Shown here piece by piece: positions 13,945-26,802 of a stretch of 64,000 nt of DNA. Made by a program: the position numbers and the translations under genes. The stretch spans positions 36,830,001-36,894,000 of the forward strand of contig NC_087245.1 of the NCBI RefSeq assembly GCF_037042905.1, read 5' to 3'. The stretch comes from Lytechinus pictus. Its lineage: Eukaryota. The notes under the pieces were generated by a model. That model was not told the origin of the DNA. It ran no database searches and saw nothing but the letters and a program-made list of their open reading frames with translations. The stretch's first letter is position 1; each line of letters begins with the position of its first letter.

Positions 13945-14527
13945 AGGGATCGTTTAACTTTGTGAGCAGCTGATTAAAAAAATTCTCAAACTGAGTTGAA
14001 ACGTGCGTATGAGTGCCTGTATTTGTCCTAAAAAACCCTGAAACAGACCACAATATAGGATGAAAAACTCTAATTTAGATACAAGTAGCAATTTATTAGC
14101 CTGATTTTGAGAACCGTCTAGTAGACGGGTTCAGCTTATGACCAGTTTTCTCCAATTAAAAAAGTCCGTTGGCTATTTTGACTGCATGCCTTCTGTTGTG
14201 TGTATCTCCTATACACACACTATTAGCTGTGACTGTACATTCGGTGTAGGACCTATACCTTGTACACACTGTATGTAGGTCATGCTGTGTTCATCTAGAA
14301 TTAATGTGTTGTGGTGCACAGATTCCCTGTATACACATAGTCATTGAAACCAACTCCCAATTATTTCAAACATTGTTTTACATCTCCAAGGTTTTAAAAT
14401 TGATCCTGTAAATATAATACTTTGAAACTTTTGGGATGGTATTTTTACACTATAAGCCTAATGTTTAGCCCATTTTCAGGAACCAAAAGGAGAATTTTTT
14501 AAATCAGAACAAAGTGGAATGATCACT
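13945..14527. mobile_element. TTAA-targeting MITE (Kolobok-like)
   Basis: TTAA|AGGGATCGTTTAACTTTG ... CAAAGTGGAATGATCACT|TTAA; single TTAA empty site at 9857-9860; AG termini fit Kolobok rather than piggyBac (CCY). Confidence 0.88.
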
Positions 14528-15087
14528 TTAATTGTCCCTCAGCTCAGCTTAAGAATTGAATTGAACTGTTTTCAAAGGGCGTATATATATAGGCTGGGGT
14601 GCATGTGTGTCTATAGGGGAGGGCCACTGAGCCGCTGATGGGGCATGCAGGGGGTAACTTTGACACTGGCATGCAAGCAAACGAAATTTGTACCTCTTAA
14701 AGATTCCGGCTCTTCTTCTGCTTTCAACAGCTGATTTTCCCGGGATTTTTCCACCTCCCCAAGATGTGTACCGCCCCCTCCCCCATAAAAATTTTGTTGG
14801 ACCTCCCCATGCTCCAACCAGACTGTACGCCCAGCTTAATCGACGGTAATTTTTTTTTTAACAGCAGGCTCCTTGATAAATGTGTATATTGGTCGTTTCC
14901 GCACTTACCCCCCCCCCCCCCTCTCAATTATATCCGCTATACCAATCTGTACTGACGTCAACCCTGGTTGCAGCTTGCAGTATAGGGTACGGTCGCACCG
15001 GTAGCACCGATGGGGCTAGTTCGGGCGCGCGCGCCGGCCCAGTATCCGTTCGAAACGCTGCGGCTTTAACTGATCCACGTCCACGTC

Positions 15088-15095
15088 TATATAAA
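15088..15095 (+). promoter_or_regulatory. Candidate TATA box of CASD1 promoter, copy 2
   Basis: TATATAAA 85 nt upstream of ATG 15173, CpG-rich upstream. Confidence 0.5.
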
Positions 15096-15172
15096 TCGGC
15101 TAGAAATCTGTCTCTACTTCAGTGTAAACAACCAATTCTACTCAATCGATAAGCTTCTTTGAAACTAAGAAA

Positions 15173-15323
15173 ATGGCACAAGGGCTATCAGAATCAGAGG
15201 GTGGATGTAAAACAGGAGAATGGCATCCATTTGACTTGATAAACGAAAAGAATGGAAAACGTCTCTCCTTCTTTCTTGTTGTGCTCATCGTCTGCTTCCA
15301 CATTGCTCGACATCAGCTATTTC
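15173..15323 (+). CDS. CASD1: CASD1 exon 1
   Basis: ATG plus hydrophobic anchor; 151 nt, C|GTAAG donor, phase 1 matches exon 2. Confidence 0.85.
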
Positions 15324-15741
15324 GTAAGAATTTCATAAATTTGTTTTCTCAGAATCTTAGCCTAGGGAGGGATTTTGTATGATGCTAATATAATAATGAC
15401 AAATGTTCAGTGAGATTATTTTATCAATGGCCTGCCTGGGCTGGGGTGGTAGGATGGGGGATCGGGTGTCCGGACACTTTATATTTTTGTCTTTTTGAAG
15501 CCTTCTTTTTTGTCATTGGATTACACTACAAATACGAAATCAATAGTTGTAATCATCTTCTATTTTGTTCTCTACAATATTTCCTGACATTTTGTACTAA
15601 AAATTGATAAAACTTTCCTTGTAAATTTTTCCAAATGACTTTCTAAAATTGATCGTCCGGACACACAACCTGTCCGGACACACAACAACTGGGTATACCG
15701 GTATTCTGAACTGACAATTGTGTTTGTTTTAGTTTTACCAT

Positions 15742-16200
15742 CAGTAGAGGCGCACGGCCAATAATGGGAGACTCTCTCCAATAGGGGAGACAATCTCCCA
15801 TATTGGACTTGGAGACTTGCTTTGCAAAAGAACAAAAGAAACAACACCAACAAAAGCGTAATTTTTTCCACCCAAAATTTTGTCTCACTGAGTTCAGAAG
15901 CCTATTTGTTTTGTGTGTGGATGACAACAAAAATCCTTATCATTATCAAGTAGACGGTGAATTTTTGAAGTAGACGGTGAAAAGGGGTAATTTTACATGA
16001 GGAATCTGCCTATCACATTTTAAATTTTATTTGCCGCCAAGGTAATCCTTTTGCAGCAAATGTAAACAAAAGAAATTGGTCTCCCAAACTGAAGACTGTC
16101 TCTGAAATTGGATACCCAAATTATTTACAAAAGTCTCTGATATTGGAGATAATCTCTCTCTTGGGAGACAGTCTCCCATATTGGCCGTGCGCCTCTACTG
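15742..16200. mobile_element. MITE with CAG termini (hAT5-like)
   Basis: TIR CAGTAGAGGCGCACGGCCAATA / TATTGGCCGTGCGCCTCTACTG; ACCAT on both flanks. Confidence 0.8.
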
Positions 16201-17379
16201 ACCATCATATCACTCACTCAAGACAAGTCAATGAACAAGGTCGTGAAGGTTATGATAACATAATAACCTTGTTCTCTGTTATTCCCTGTGTGGCAAAATA
16301 AGGTTGGCAATGTTTGGCTTATTTTCTCTTGTTTTGGGGGTTAAATGCTTGATTTTTTTACACTGCCAGTTTCCAGTAGCATAATTGGCAATTGCGCAGA
16401 TATAGTGTATGCACGAACAGGCAGTCATGGCAATGCACTGCTCAGATACAGGGCACCAGAATGCTTCTGGGGTCCGATGTTAAGATTTTTAGTAACTCTG
16501 AATCTTTCTATAAGTATTGTTGATTTTGTGACTCCAAACTTAATGCATGTAGCTTTTCCTGAAAAGTCAAACAGAACTAGATCTAAGTTAAGTAGATCGA
16601 CAGTGATGTAGTCTTGTAGAATGATTCAAAACACTTTGAAAATGATTGAGAACATTTTTGAAATAACTTGTCAATGCTTTAAAGTATACACACAAAGAAA
16701 ATTCACGAAAGTGATGATTATAGACAAATTATATATGAATGGAAAGGTCTTGTCTTTTTATACACAAATATGTCACTAAAAAGTCTTATCGATGTCGTGG
16801 AAATGCAAGAAATGAAATTATTAGAGACCATTCTAAGCCCCCCAGCCGCCCCCCAGACCGACAGTTCACGCAGTGAAAACAGTCGAGAATAATGACGTCA
16901 CACAATAATCGAGCTCATCATCCCTCTGTGCATAATACACTGAATCACCTTACTGACCTCTTCAATATCTTCCGAATTTACCGTTTTCTTCATGTAATGT
17001 GACATCCGAATTCTGTTTTCGACAACTTCAGACTATAAGGGAACCAGAACTGTGTTATTTTGCCCGTTTTTTATTGAATTGTGAACTGGAAAGATCGATT
17101 CTGTCCACTCGACAGTCTTCGTTGTGTTGCTCTACTAACTATTGAAAAACTCCAAGCTGCACGGTCCCATTCACTTGCTCCCGATGCATGTTGCAGGCTA
17201 CGCTGTTTGATCCAGTCAAAAGTCAAGGTAAGCATGTTTGGAAACTGTACTTGTTCTGACGATGCATTCAGGTCAGATGACAGATACAGATCTGATATAA
17301 GTTTAGAATCATGCATTTTGGCATAACTACTATTAAAATTAAAAAGTTTTTATTTTAGAAATAATGTTTTTGTACAATT

Positions 17380-17995
17380 CCACCCAAGGCAAGGGTTCAT
17401 TACATGCCGCCACGCACAGAAAAATCAAGCCATAGAAGTCGTGTGTTGTGGACCCAAGAAGTGAGATCCCAGACGCCTCCAGGCTAAGCACGCGCGACCC
17501 ACTAGTTAGAAATCCACTGCCAAACGCGGTTCGTGGTGCGGGGTTAGTATACTTAATACGTGTGAGTGGCACAATTCCAGCAGATTTTTTCTTCAGATTT
17601 CTAAAACTGGTCAGGACTCAGGCAGGCAATTAAATTATTTAGGAGCACTGAGTGGTATGGACCATGGCTGAAAATCTGCTGTTTCAGAGGAATGTTTAAG
17701 TTTTTATTATACACAGAATTATATCACCATGATGCCGATGTCATGAAGCCAGACAAATTTTCAGCAGTGATTACCCTGATTCCTGGCCAAAATCACTCAC
17801 ACGTATTGCGAGGTTAGTATTAGTATACTACTAGTACGTATTGCGAGGTTAGTATTAGTATACTAACCACGAACCGCGTTTGGCAGTGGATTTCTAACTA
17901 GTGGGTCGCGCGTGCTGGGATCTCACTTCTTGGGTCCACGACTTCTATTGCTTGAATTTTCTGTGCGCGGCGGCATGTAATGAACCCTTGGGTGG
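17380..17995. mobile_element. Foldback-type element with ~170-bp inverted arms
   Basis: CAAGGGTTCATTACATGCCGCC..GTTAGTATACT is mirrored by AGTATACTAAC..GGCGGCATGTAATGAACCCTTG. Confidence 0.7.
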
Positions 17996-18118
17996 GCCAA
18001 AATTAGAGTCTGGTGTTTCTTTCTGATTAGAGTGTTGCTGCATATATGTATGCGTAATGCCTTCAACAATGAAGATAAATGCAATCTTTGTAATGACACA
18101 GAGACTCAGAGAGCACCG

Positions 18119-18275
18119 TACCTCAAGTGATGTTCGTGTAGTCTCCACTTCACTACTGGAGTACTGCTACAGCCTACACTACGCTACACACTTACCCGGG
18201 TAGGTGTGGCGTACATGTACGGTAGTGTAGCGGTAGTGAAGTGGAGTGGGGCCTACACAAACATCACTTGAGGTA
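18119..18275. repeat. Palindromic hairpin element
   Basis: TACCTCAAGTGATGTT..TCCACTTCACTAC mirrored by GTAGTGAAGTGGA..AACATCACTTGAGGTA; centre TACCCGGGTA. Confidence 0.7.
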
Positions 18276-20641
18276 GAGCACCAGTGTTCTGAGTGGAACT
18301 TTTCAGGTGTCTAAACCTACTATCATTTGTTGTTGACCGGGAATTACATGCCACCGCACGTCATCAATCATCACGATAATTAAATTCATACTTTGATTTG
18401 ATTATTTAAACTATTTCTTTTTTTCTCTCTTCTACACACAGATCTGCACAATTGCTAACTCTGGTGACTTCTGGTCTCTGCTTGCTACCTCAATCTGGGA
18501 GATTCCATCATGTCCTTTTACTATGATTTGGATATAGCCATTTTTTTCTTCACTCTTTCCAGGACCTACGGTTTGCAAGTTGTGGAATGATAATGATACA
18601 AAAGAAAAAATTTCTTTATCAATCTTGGAAACAATTTTGAGCACAGTTTTGGAGAGAACTAAGAAATTTTACTCGGACAGGAATACAGCTTGTCAAAAAT
18701 AATAACACACAATTTAAAACGAAAGAACAATTTTAATGTTACTAGGGCATTTTGCGAGAAATGTTATACTCAATCACACGTCCCAAATCAAGGGAAAGTC
18801 CTTTGATTAAACATGTAGTTGAATTGCGATTGCAACTCGACCTTATTACGCTTGAATTTGAATTTAAGACTTACGCTTGATTTGCAATTGAACATAAGTT
18901 TCTTGCAGTGCCCCATAATTATGTTTTGTTATCAGATATTTAACGTGCTGATTTTTCTCGAAAGGTATAATATATTTGTCCTTTTAAACGGTATTTGAAT
19001 ATGGGTACGCCTTTTATTTGTTTTCCACAATATTTATTGCATGTATGAACAGAAGTGAAATATTTATTGTGAAGCACTGTGAATGTTGTGTGATGGTTCA
19101 TCATCAGACTGAAAGCCTGGTGGATGTGAGGAAGTGGCCTGGATGAAAGAAAAGTGAACATGTGTCCAATTACTGATTTGCATATTCTAAGACAATTTTG
19201 TTTCTGGATAAATTTTGCTATGCATTCCCTACATTAAGAGTAAAGGAGAAGTCCACGCAATCAAAAATTCATTTGAATTTAAAGAAAAATAACAAGATAT
19301 TGCAGGAAATTTCATAAAAACTTTGATTCAAATTTATATAATTACTATTTTAACAGTTCCGTAAATATAACCTATTGTGATCAGATGAAGAGTTTCCTAT
19401 CGTCAAATCTGCAAAGAATAAAAAACAAAATGCCACAAAAAATAGAAACGAATGTGATGTGAGTGACAACTCTAATTTGCATATCATTGTTTTGTGTATA
19501 TGACTGTTTTGAGTAAAAACAACAAGGGAAATCACTCTATTCAAATAATTTTTAGTTGATGTGGACTTGACTTTTAACTCTACCCCTCCCATCCCAAATA
19601 AGAGTAGAAATAATCTAATCAAGAACTTGAAAATCAAAAGCAGCAATTAAGAAGCAAGATTTGATAAATACAGGTCTGAATAGAATTTCACAAGAAAATA
19701 AAAAGAGAAAAAAAAGATGGGTAGGGACGGGGAAGGAATAAAAAAAAAATACCCAGAAAAAAAAAATCCGAGTTTCGAACCAGGGTCCTCGCACATGACA
19801 AAACAATGGCCAACGCATTTGGCCACAGACCATCGCCCTAACAGGAAGGCATTTTTAAGATATATGGAAGAAAGTCCGCTCGCCGCTGTTTCCTAATAAT
19901 GCTTCGGCAATTCAACTGCAATTTCAGTCATTTCGCGATGGATATTGCCGTGTTTTTTTTGTGATTCCTGACTTTGCTACTTAATGACATTTCATAATTT
20001 TTGTTCAGTCATAAAGAAGAATGTCTATGCTTTATATTGACTATAACATTAATGTGACGCAAGTGTGATTTCTACGTGAAAATATGCTTTGTTTATTCAC
20101 CTATATTTCTTGAAAAAAAAAAAAAAATTCTAAGCTAAATATCGGTCACCAAAATACGTTAAATGTGCACTTTTTTTCACTGTTCAGTAAATTCAAACTT
20201 TTATCTATATAACAAGACCAATCTTAAGAGGAATAAACAATTCTAAGAGCAAAAAACGCTGATTGGAAAGATCGTCTCCAATGGGCTGCTGTCAGCTCAG
20301 CTGCTCACTGCTCATTGTGTGACGTCACTCAGCTGGAGCTCGCAAGAGGACCGGTGGAAGGCAGAAATATGGCATGAAAATAAATCATTTTTGAGAGCTG
20401 ATTTCTGCAATCTCTGATCACTATTTTGAAAAGTGAAGTTATATATCTGATTAGTAATACTTCCCCTTTACAATGATGACCACATAAAGTCATTATAAAA
20501 TACTTTTGATTCTTTGGATGTATACTTTAAACAAGGCTCCACACAAGCTTTTTTTTCTTGGTTGCCCAATCCAGGCCCGATCAGTTCACCAAAATCATCA
20601 ACAATATCATGTTTTGGGTGGCCCTAAAACAAGAGAAAACA

Positions 20642-21219
20642 CCCGGGGGGGCCACTTACATTAACGAGTGGATACCATGCGCGACCAAAAAAACACGTAA
20701 AAAGGATGTCTTTTTCAAGATAGGGCACGTTACGTACGTAACGTGATAAGGGTGTCAAAAACACAAAAATAATGAAAAAAGGGTATCTATTTCGCTAGGA
20801 AAGTTACGTGTTTAGGGTGAAATTTGCGGGGATGATAAAACAAAATTAAAATGTTTTATAAAGGATGTCCTTTTTGCCCCAACAATACGTGTTTAGAGTC
20901 CGATTTGCGCGAAGTGTGGAAGGTGGGGTCTTACTAAACCAAATGATGTGTAAAAGTAAAAGCGACGACCGAAGGACCCGTGACATAACAATAAAACATT
21001 CCTGTACTTGTTTAGGGGTTCATTTCAGGGAATACTTGCCAAGAGTATCGTTTTGTTTCCAATACTCGTTAAGGGTAGGGTTTCACACGCCAATACTTGT
21101 TAAGGGGTGCATTTTCAGAATATGGGAAATACGTGTTAAGGGTGCTTTTCGAGACCCCATGGTCGCGCATAGTATCCACTCGTCAGTGGAAGTGGCCCCC
21201 CCCCCCCCCCCCCCCCGGG
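20642..21219 (+). mobile_element. Non-autonomous DNA transposon, CCCGGG-terminal family, nested in an older hAT-like MITE (~20532-21359)
   Basis: TSD AGAAAACA at 20634-20641 and 21220-21227; close reverse complement of 10007-10557. Confidence 0.92.
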
Positions 21220-21397
21220 AGAAAACATTACAGTTTATCAAAACTTTGGTGGCCCAACAGGACAAGGCCACCAAGTGTGGGCTTTTACAGAATTTTGGTG
21301 GCCCAACTCTCAATTTAGGTTGCCCCGCGCCACCAGGCCACTGCTAATGTCGAGCCCTGTTTTAAAATACATCCCTATTAATTCGCTCCCCTTACAG

Positions 21398-21494
21398 CTT
21401 ATGATTCTTGCCAAGCTCTATTACAAGATGGTCACTATCATGGTCCTGGTGCCTGGCAACCGGAAGGATGTACCATGCATCATTATTCACTCAA
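21398..21494 (+). CDS. CASD1: CASD1 exon 2
   Basis: ttacag|..AA|GTAAG; YDSCQALLQDGHYHGPGAWQPEGCTMHHYSL (WQP..C motif). Confidence 0.92.
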
Positions 21495-22559
21495 GTAAGA
21501 ATTTCATTCACATACATGTACAAAGGCCCAACAAACAGTACGGTTCTAGCTCGAGCTTCCTTGCATATTATTTTTGGTAGTAAAAATGATAAGTTTCTGA
21601 AAAATGTTCTTACTCTGAGGATAATTCTTTTTTATTGTCTTCAAAGGTATAGTTGAGTCATTGATGTTAGAAATTGAATATTGTCATTAATAAGATCGGG
21701 GGGGGGGGGGGTTACAATCGATTGGTCATGACTTGTGCCATATAGGGTCACAGTTTATTTGATTAGCATGTCTTTCTGTTAATGCCCACAACGGCAATTG
21801 TAGCTTTATTTTTATATAGGGTATATCGTTATTACTAGTCCACTGCAAACCCAAAGAAACTATAAAATGCACTGACATGTAAATAGTGGCTGAAACTACC
21901 AGGCTATCCAGTTCTGTGTTATTGCTATAGCCTACTGTGTGCTTTCTGTGTGCATCAATAGCATACATGTGACTCTTTATTTATTATTTGGTTAATAATT
22001 AGGCCTATTTAAATTCCTTCAGCAAACACTAGTCTTTGATGCTCTATACAAAAGTCACTTTTACGAGACAACTGTTTCCACCTTCTACAGGTAGAATGGT
22101 AGAAATATGCCAAGGACTCTTTTTTTTTCTTTGTAACTTCAATTCAAGATCAATCAATATACTGTCCACCTTTTTAAAAGCCTGAAGTCTATTGAATAAA
22201 TGAAGTGCTACCTGACAGTAGAGTGGACCTGGCTTATTATTGTAGACTTCCTGTTATGAAAGAAGTTTCTTTGTTTTCTTTTGTCCCCTTTGTGCATTTA
22301 ATATCCTTTGGGGGCATAGCTCTGATCTTGCTTTAAATCATGAGGAAAGAATAATTAATCACTTGTAATGGTTTGATTAAAGCTCCTTTGTGAATACTAA
22401 CACCTTTATAGTATTCAGAAAATTGAAATAATTGAGAGTTATTATAAATGAATTCATAGTCATGATCTGTTGTGAATGAGTTCCCAGATTAAAAGTTAAA
22501 ACTTCACATTTACTCCTGCAGCATTCAAGGGATTCTGTTTTTCTGATTTTTATATTTAA

Positions 22560-23163
22560 AGGACAAGTCCACCCCAACCATTAGTTGATTTGAATAAAAA
22601 GACAAAAATCCAACAAGCATAACACTGAAAATTTTATCAAAATTGGATGTAAAATAAGAAAGTTATGACATTTTAAAGTTTTGCTTAATTTCACAAAACA
22701 GTTATATGTACATCCTGGTCGGTATGCAAATGAGGAGACTGATGACGTCATCCACTCACTATTTCTTTTGTATTTCATTACATGAAATACGAAATATTCT
22801 CATTTTCTCCTCCTTGTCAAGTGAAACAAAGTCTTATTTCTTCCTGAACATGTGGAATTACGATTATTTCAACAGTTTATGGTTAAGTTAAGTTGGTCCT
22901 TATTGTCAAATCTGTAAAAATTGAAATATTGTATTATTCAAACAATAAAAAACAAAAGAAATAGTGAGTGATGGACATCATCGACTTTCTCATTTGCATA
23001 TCGCTGAGTTGTGCATTTAACTGTTTTGTGAAAAATAAGCGAAACTTCAAAATGTCATAACTTTCTTATTTTACATCCGATTTCGATAAAATTTGCAGCG
23101 TTATGTTTGTTTGATTTTTCTCTATCGATTCAAATCAACAATTTTCTGGGGTGGACTTGACCT
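22560..23163. mobile_element. Kolobok-like MITE
   Basis: TTAA|AGGACAAGTCCACCCC ... GGGGTGGACTTGACCT|TTAA with long imperfect inverted arms; related remnant near 19240-19577. Confidence 0.85.
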
Positions 23164-23842
23164 TTAAAGTAATAAACTTGTGATGAAGAAATGTACTTTG
23201 ATAATCAGACATACGATCTTAACATATCAAATGAAAAACTGATTTGAAATAAAAAGTTAACCCATCTTTGAAACAGTTAAAGAAGTGAAGTAATCTGACT
23301 TTGATAAGACCTGCCCAAAATGTAAACAATATTTTTACTTTCAAATCGAAAAAGTTAGAGCTCTTGCAATGTACATGTACATGCATTTACCCTCTCCAAA
23401 TTGGTTAGTCTCTGATTTACATGTATTTAGTTAAACACTCGGGTCAGTGTGTCCAAGGGTTTTCAGATCTTTAACATTAATGTGTCAATTTGATCATACA
23501 CATTCACAATGCAAGCAGCCAATGTAATAAAAGTGGTTGAGTATTTTTCTGCTATAAAATTGGTACTCCATCATTACGGTCCATGATGATTATCCGTTAA
23601 AAAAAAAGATTTTTTTTGTGTTCCTAAAAACTTTCTTTTCATACTTGATCTAAAAATATTTTTTTTCGTCAAAGAAAATGCACACAGCGCAAATCATATT
23701 TTCTGTTTTGCAAGTGAATTTCCAAATGGAAAGATGAGAACCAAAACAAATTCCCTGTTTTGATTTACAGGTAAATTGAAAACACTGTTACAACATCATT
23801 AATGATTATATGATATGTCTATGTTCTCTCATATCCTTGTAG

Positions 23843-23963
23843 AGATACGTTAACTTGTTTTCAAGACAAGCGGGTGATCATCGCAGGAGATTCACGTATG
23901 AGGCAACTCTTTTTTTCACTTGTTAAAAAACTGACTGTTCATACTGTTGAAGAGGGGAAAATA
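23843..23963 (+). CDS. CASD1: CASD1 exon 3 (catalytic GDS motif)
   Basis: ttgtag|..ATA|GTAAG; DTLTCFQDKRVIIAGDSRMRQLFFSLVKKLTVHTVEEGKI. Confidence 0.95.
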
Positions 23964-24035
23964 GTAAGTAATCTCTCATCTCATTTATCTTAAGAATAGT
24001 GTATAGATGTATGGGTGCATCTATGGCATTTGATT

Positions 24036-24990
24036 AAGACAAGCGGATGATTATCGTTGGAGATTCACGTATGAGGCAACTCTTTTTTTTCACTTGTGAA
24101 AAAACTGACTGTTCATACTGTTGAAGAGGGGAAAATAGTAATTAATCTCTCATCTCATTTATCTTAAAGGGATGGTCCGGGCTGAAAATATTTTATCTAA
24201 ATAAATAGAGTAAAATTCAGAGAGCAAAATGCTGAAAATTTCATCAAAATCGGATAACACATTACAAAGTTATTGAATTTAAAGTTTATCAATATTTTGT
24301 GAAAACAATTATATGCACAACGTCATAAATATTCATTAGGTGGGCTGATGATGTCACATCCCCACTTCCCTTTTTCTTATGTTATTACATGAAATAATAA
24401 AATGAATGATGTGTCTCCATTATGATGAAATAAGTTGCAGTAATAACTAATGCACTTAATCAGTTGTCAATCAAATTGTTTTAGTTCTTGGTAGAAAAAA
24501 TTTAATGAACCTAAATAAAATACAAAAGTAAAATATAAATATTCATTAGGTGGGCTGATGATGTCACATCCCCACTTCCCTTTTTCTTATGTTATTACAT
24601 GAAATAATAAAATAAATGATGTGTCTCCATTATGATGAAATAAGTTGCAGTAATAACTAATGCACTTAATCAGTTGTCAATCAAATTGTTTTAGTTCTTG
24701 GTAGAAAAAAATTTAATAAACCTAAATAAAATACAAAATAAAAAGTGGGGATATGACATCATCAGCCCATCTAATGAATATTCATAAAGATTTGCCTAGA
24801 ACTGTTTCACCGGAATAATACAAATCTTTAAAATTCAATAACTTTGTTATTTGTTATCCGATTTTAATCATATTTTCAGCATTTTGCTTTGTGAGTTTTA
24901 CTCTTTTTATTAAGAAATAAATATTTTCAGACCGGACCATCCCTTTAAGAATAATGTATAGATGTTTGGGTGCATCTATGGCATTTGATT
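24036..24990 (+). pseudogene. Decayed partial tandem copy of CASD1 exon 3 and its flank, split by a MITE
   Basis: Repeats 23863-24035; no acceptor, one extra T in the T-run, donor GTAAGT changed to GTAATT. Confidence 0.85.
24168..24944. mobile_element. Kolobok-like MITE with an internal ~210-bp tandem duplication
   Basis: TTAA|AGGGATGGTCCGG ... CCGGACCATCCCT|TTAA; empty TTAA site in the first copy near 23990; related right end near 1378-1580. Confidence 0.9.
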
Positions 24991-26000
24991 CAGCAACAAG
25001 TGTCCCAACACACAATCTGCACATAAAGCCATACTTTAAAGGGGATGCTCACCCTGACAAAAAATTTGTTGTAAAAATATCAGAGAGAAAAAAAAATGCA
25101 ATGGTGTGAGGAAAATCTGTCGAAGTTTAAGAAATTTTCAGTTATTGATTTGTAACATCAAGTAGCTGCTCCATATGTTATTTTTTCCTTAATAACCAAG
25201 TCACACTAGAGGCGGAATGTTGTCAGAATGAAAATACTTGGCACATTCCTGGATATTCAAAGTGCATTCTAAAAATTCTGACTGCATTCCAAATATTCGG
25301 GTCCATTCTTGTGTCCGGCCCGAATGTTTTGCTCATGCTCAAATCTTTCAAGGTGCATTTGAACTGGAAAAATATCGAACGGCATTCAAAGTGCAGTCCT
25401 ACAGCACTCTGACTGCATTCCAAATATTCTGACGACATTTCAACATCAACATCATTCCGATCGCATTCATGGGAGAATCGAATCGCATAAAAGCACGGCT
25501 AGCTGTTGCTGCAACGTCAGTCAGCACTGAGGAGCATTGAGGTCATCGAACAGCATTTTTACAAATTTAGATCAATTTGAAATTCCCTCCCGAATATGGC
25601 TCGAATTTTGAAAAATTTTCATTCCGGCTGGTTCTGCTTGATTCCTGCTGATTCCGAATAAGTGTGAAGGGGGCTTTAAAAGGAGTGTGCGTTTATGATT
25701 TGTCTGTTGATATACTGGAAATACAAGAAAACTTTTTTATTTTATTTTTTTGAGAAAATGACATTTCATTGATTTCTTTATACTAGACACTACATGTATA
25801 TATCGGGAAGCTGCTCGTTATTCTCATTTTTATTTTATAAAATAAGAATAAGAATAACTTTTTTAATCTTTGATGGATTTTCCTCAAACCTTCACCAATG
25901 TCCTTTTGATAACCTTTTGTGTTATTTTTACCAAAATCTTTTAATCAGGGTGAATTTCCCCATTGAAATTAAACAGGAATAAGATGAATTTGGACAGAAT

Positions 26001-26309
26001 GGCCCATATTCTGAAGTCAGGTTTAACTTAGACCATGGTCTGACTCTGTGCTAAAATTATGGGAAGCCAAAAGTGTCAAATTTGTTATTAAGTTGTATGT
26101 TTTTTTAATATTTACTGTGCTCTTTCCTGATTCTTCAATGGTGAATACAATAATCTATACTTTCTAGACAATTATGAATGATTTGAAAGCCAAATGAGCT
26201 GAAATATGATATCCCTACTGTTAGTGATTTATATAACAATTGGCTATCCATACTTAAACCACAACTTTAAATCTGAGTTTAAGTTAAACCGGACTTCAGA
26301 ATACGGGCC
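26001..26309. mobile_element. PIF/Harbinger-like MITE
   Basis: GGCCCATATTCTGAAGTC..TTTAACTTA / TAAGTTAAAC..GACTTCAGAATACGGGCC; AAT 3-bp TSD. Confidence 0.8.
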
Positions 26310-26802
26310 AATATCACCAAATGATCACCCAAGTGTTCAATTCATATGCATCATCTCCTAGATAATGTGAAATAATTATGGCAGAAAATCAATATTTGTT
26401 GAGCAAACAAGCTTGGCACTCTGTCGGTTGATATGTCTTTTTCTATCCGGGTAATTCCATTGGGTTGGGTAAAAAAATGACAGGATGTCCATGTTTACCA
26501 ACTATTCTAGTTCATAGTGAAGATCAATTCAGATGTGGCCAAGTTTTGATGTCGATGTGAGCAAGGTTTCCAACCATAGGAATTCATGTTTGATCTTGAT
26601 TTTTTTATTTTTTTTTATTTGTCGTAGTTCAAATTAACAACTTTACATGGTCATCACATATTGGCAATAATAGATACATGTAGTTTCTCATGTATGTCTT
26701 TAACTGTAATACATCATGATGTTGATTAGTAAACCTTATATAGTGGGAACAAAAGTTTTGCTTTATTGATCATTGGAAGATATTTGCATAATCAAGACAT
26801 TA

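Larger units (their letters stand above)
11309..15443 (+). repeat. Tandem segmental duplication, copy 2
   Basis: Begins CTGAAGTGCCTATAC as at 7226 and ends TGCCTGGGCTG as at 11311; 3-nt CTG microhomology at the junction. Confidence 0.95.

Noticed and set aside
24036..24137. Mutually exclusive alternative exon 3
   Set aside because: No acceptor, 5' part missing and frameshifted
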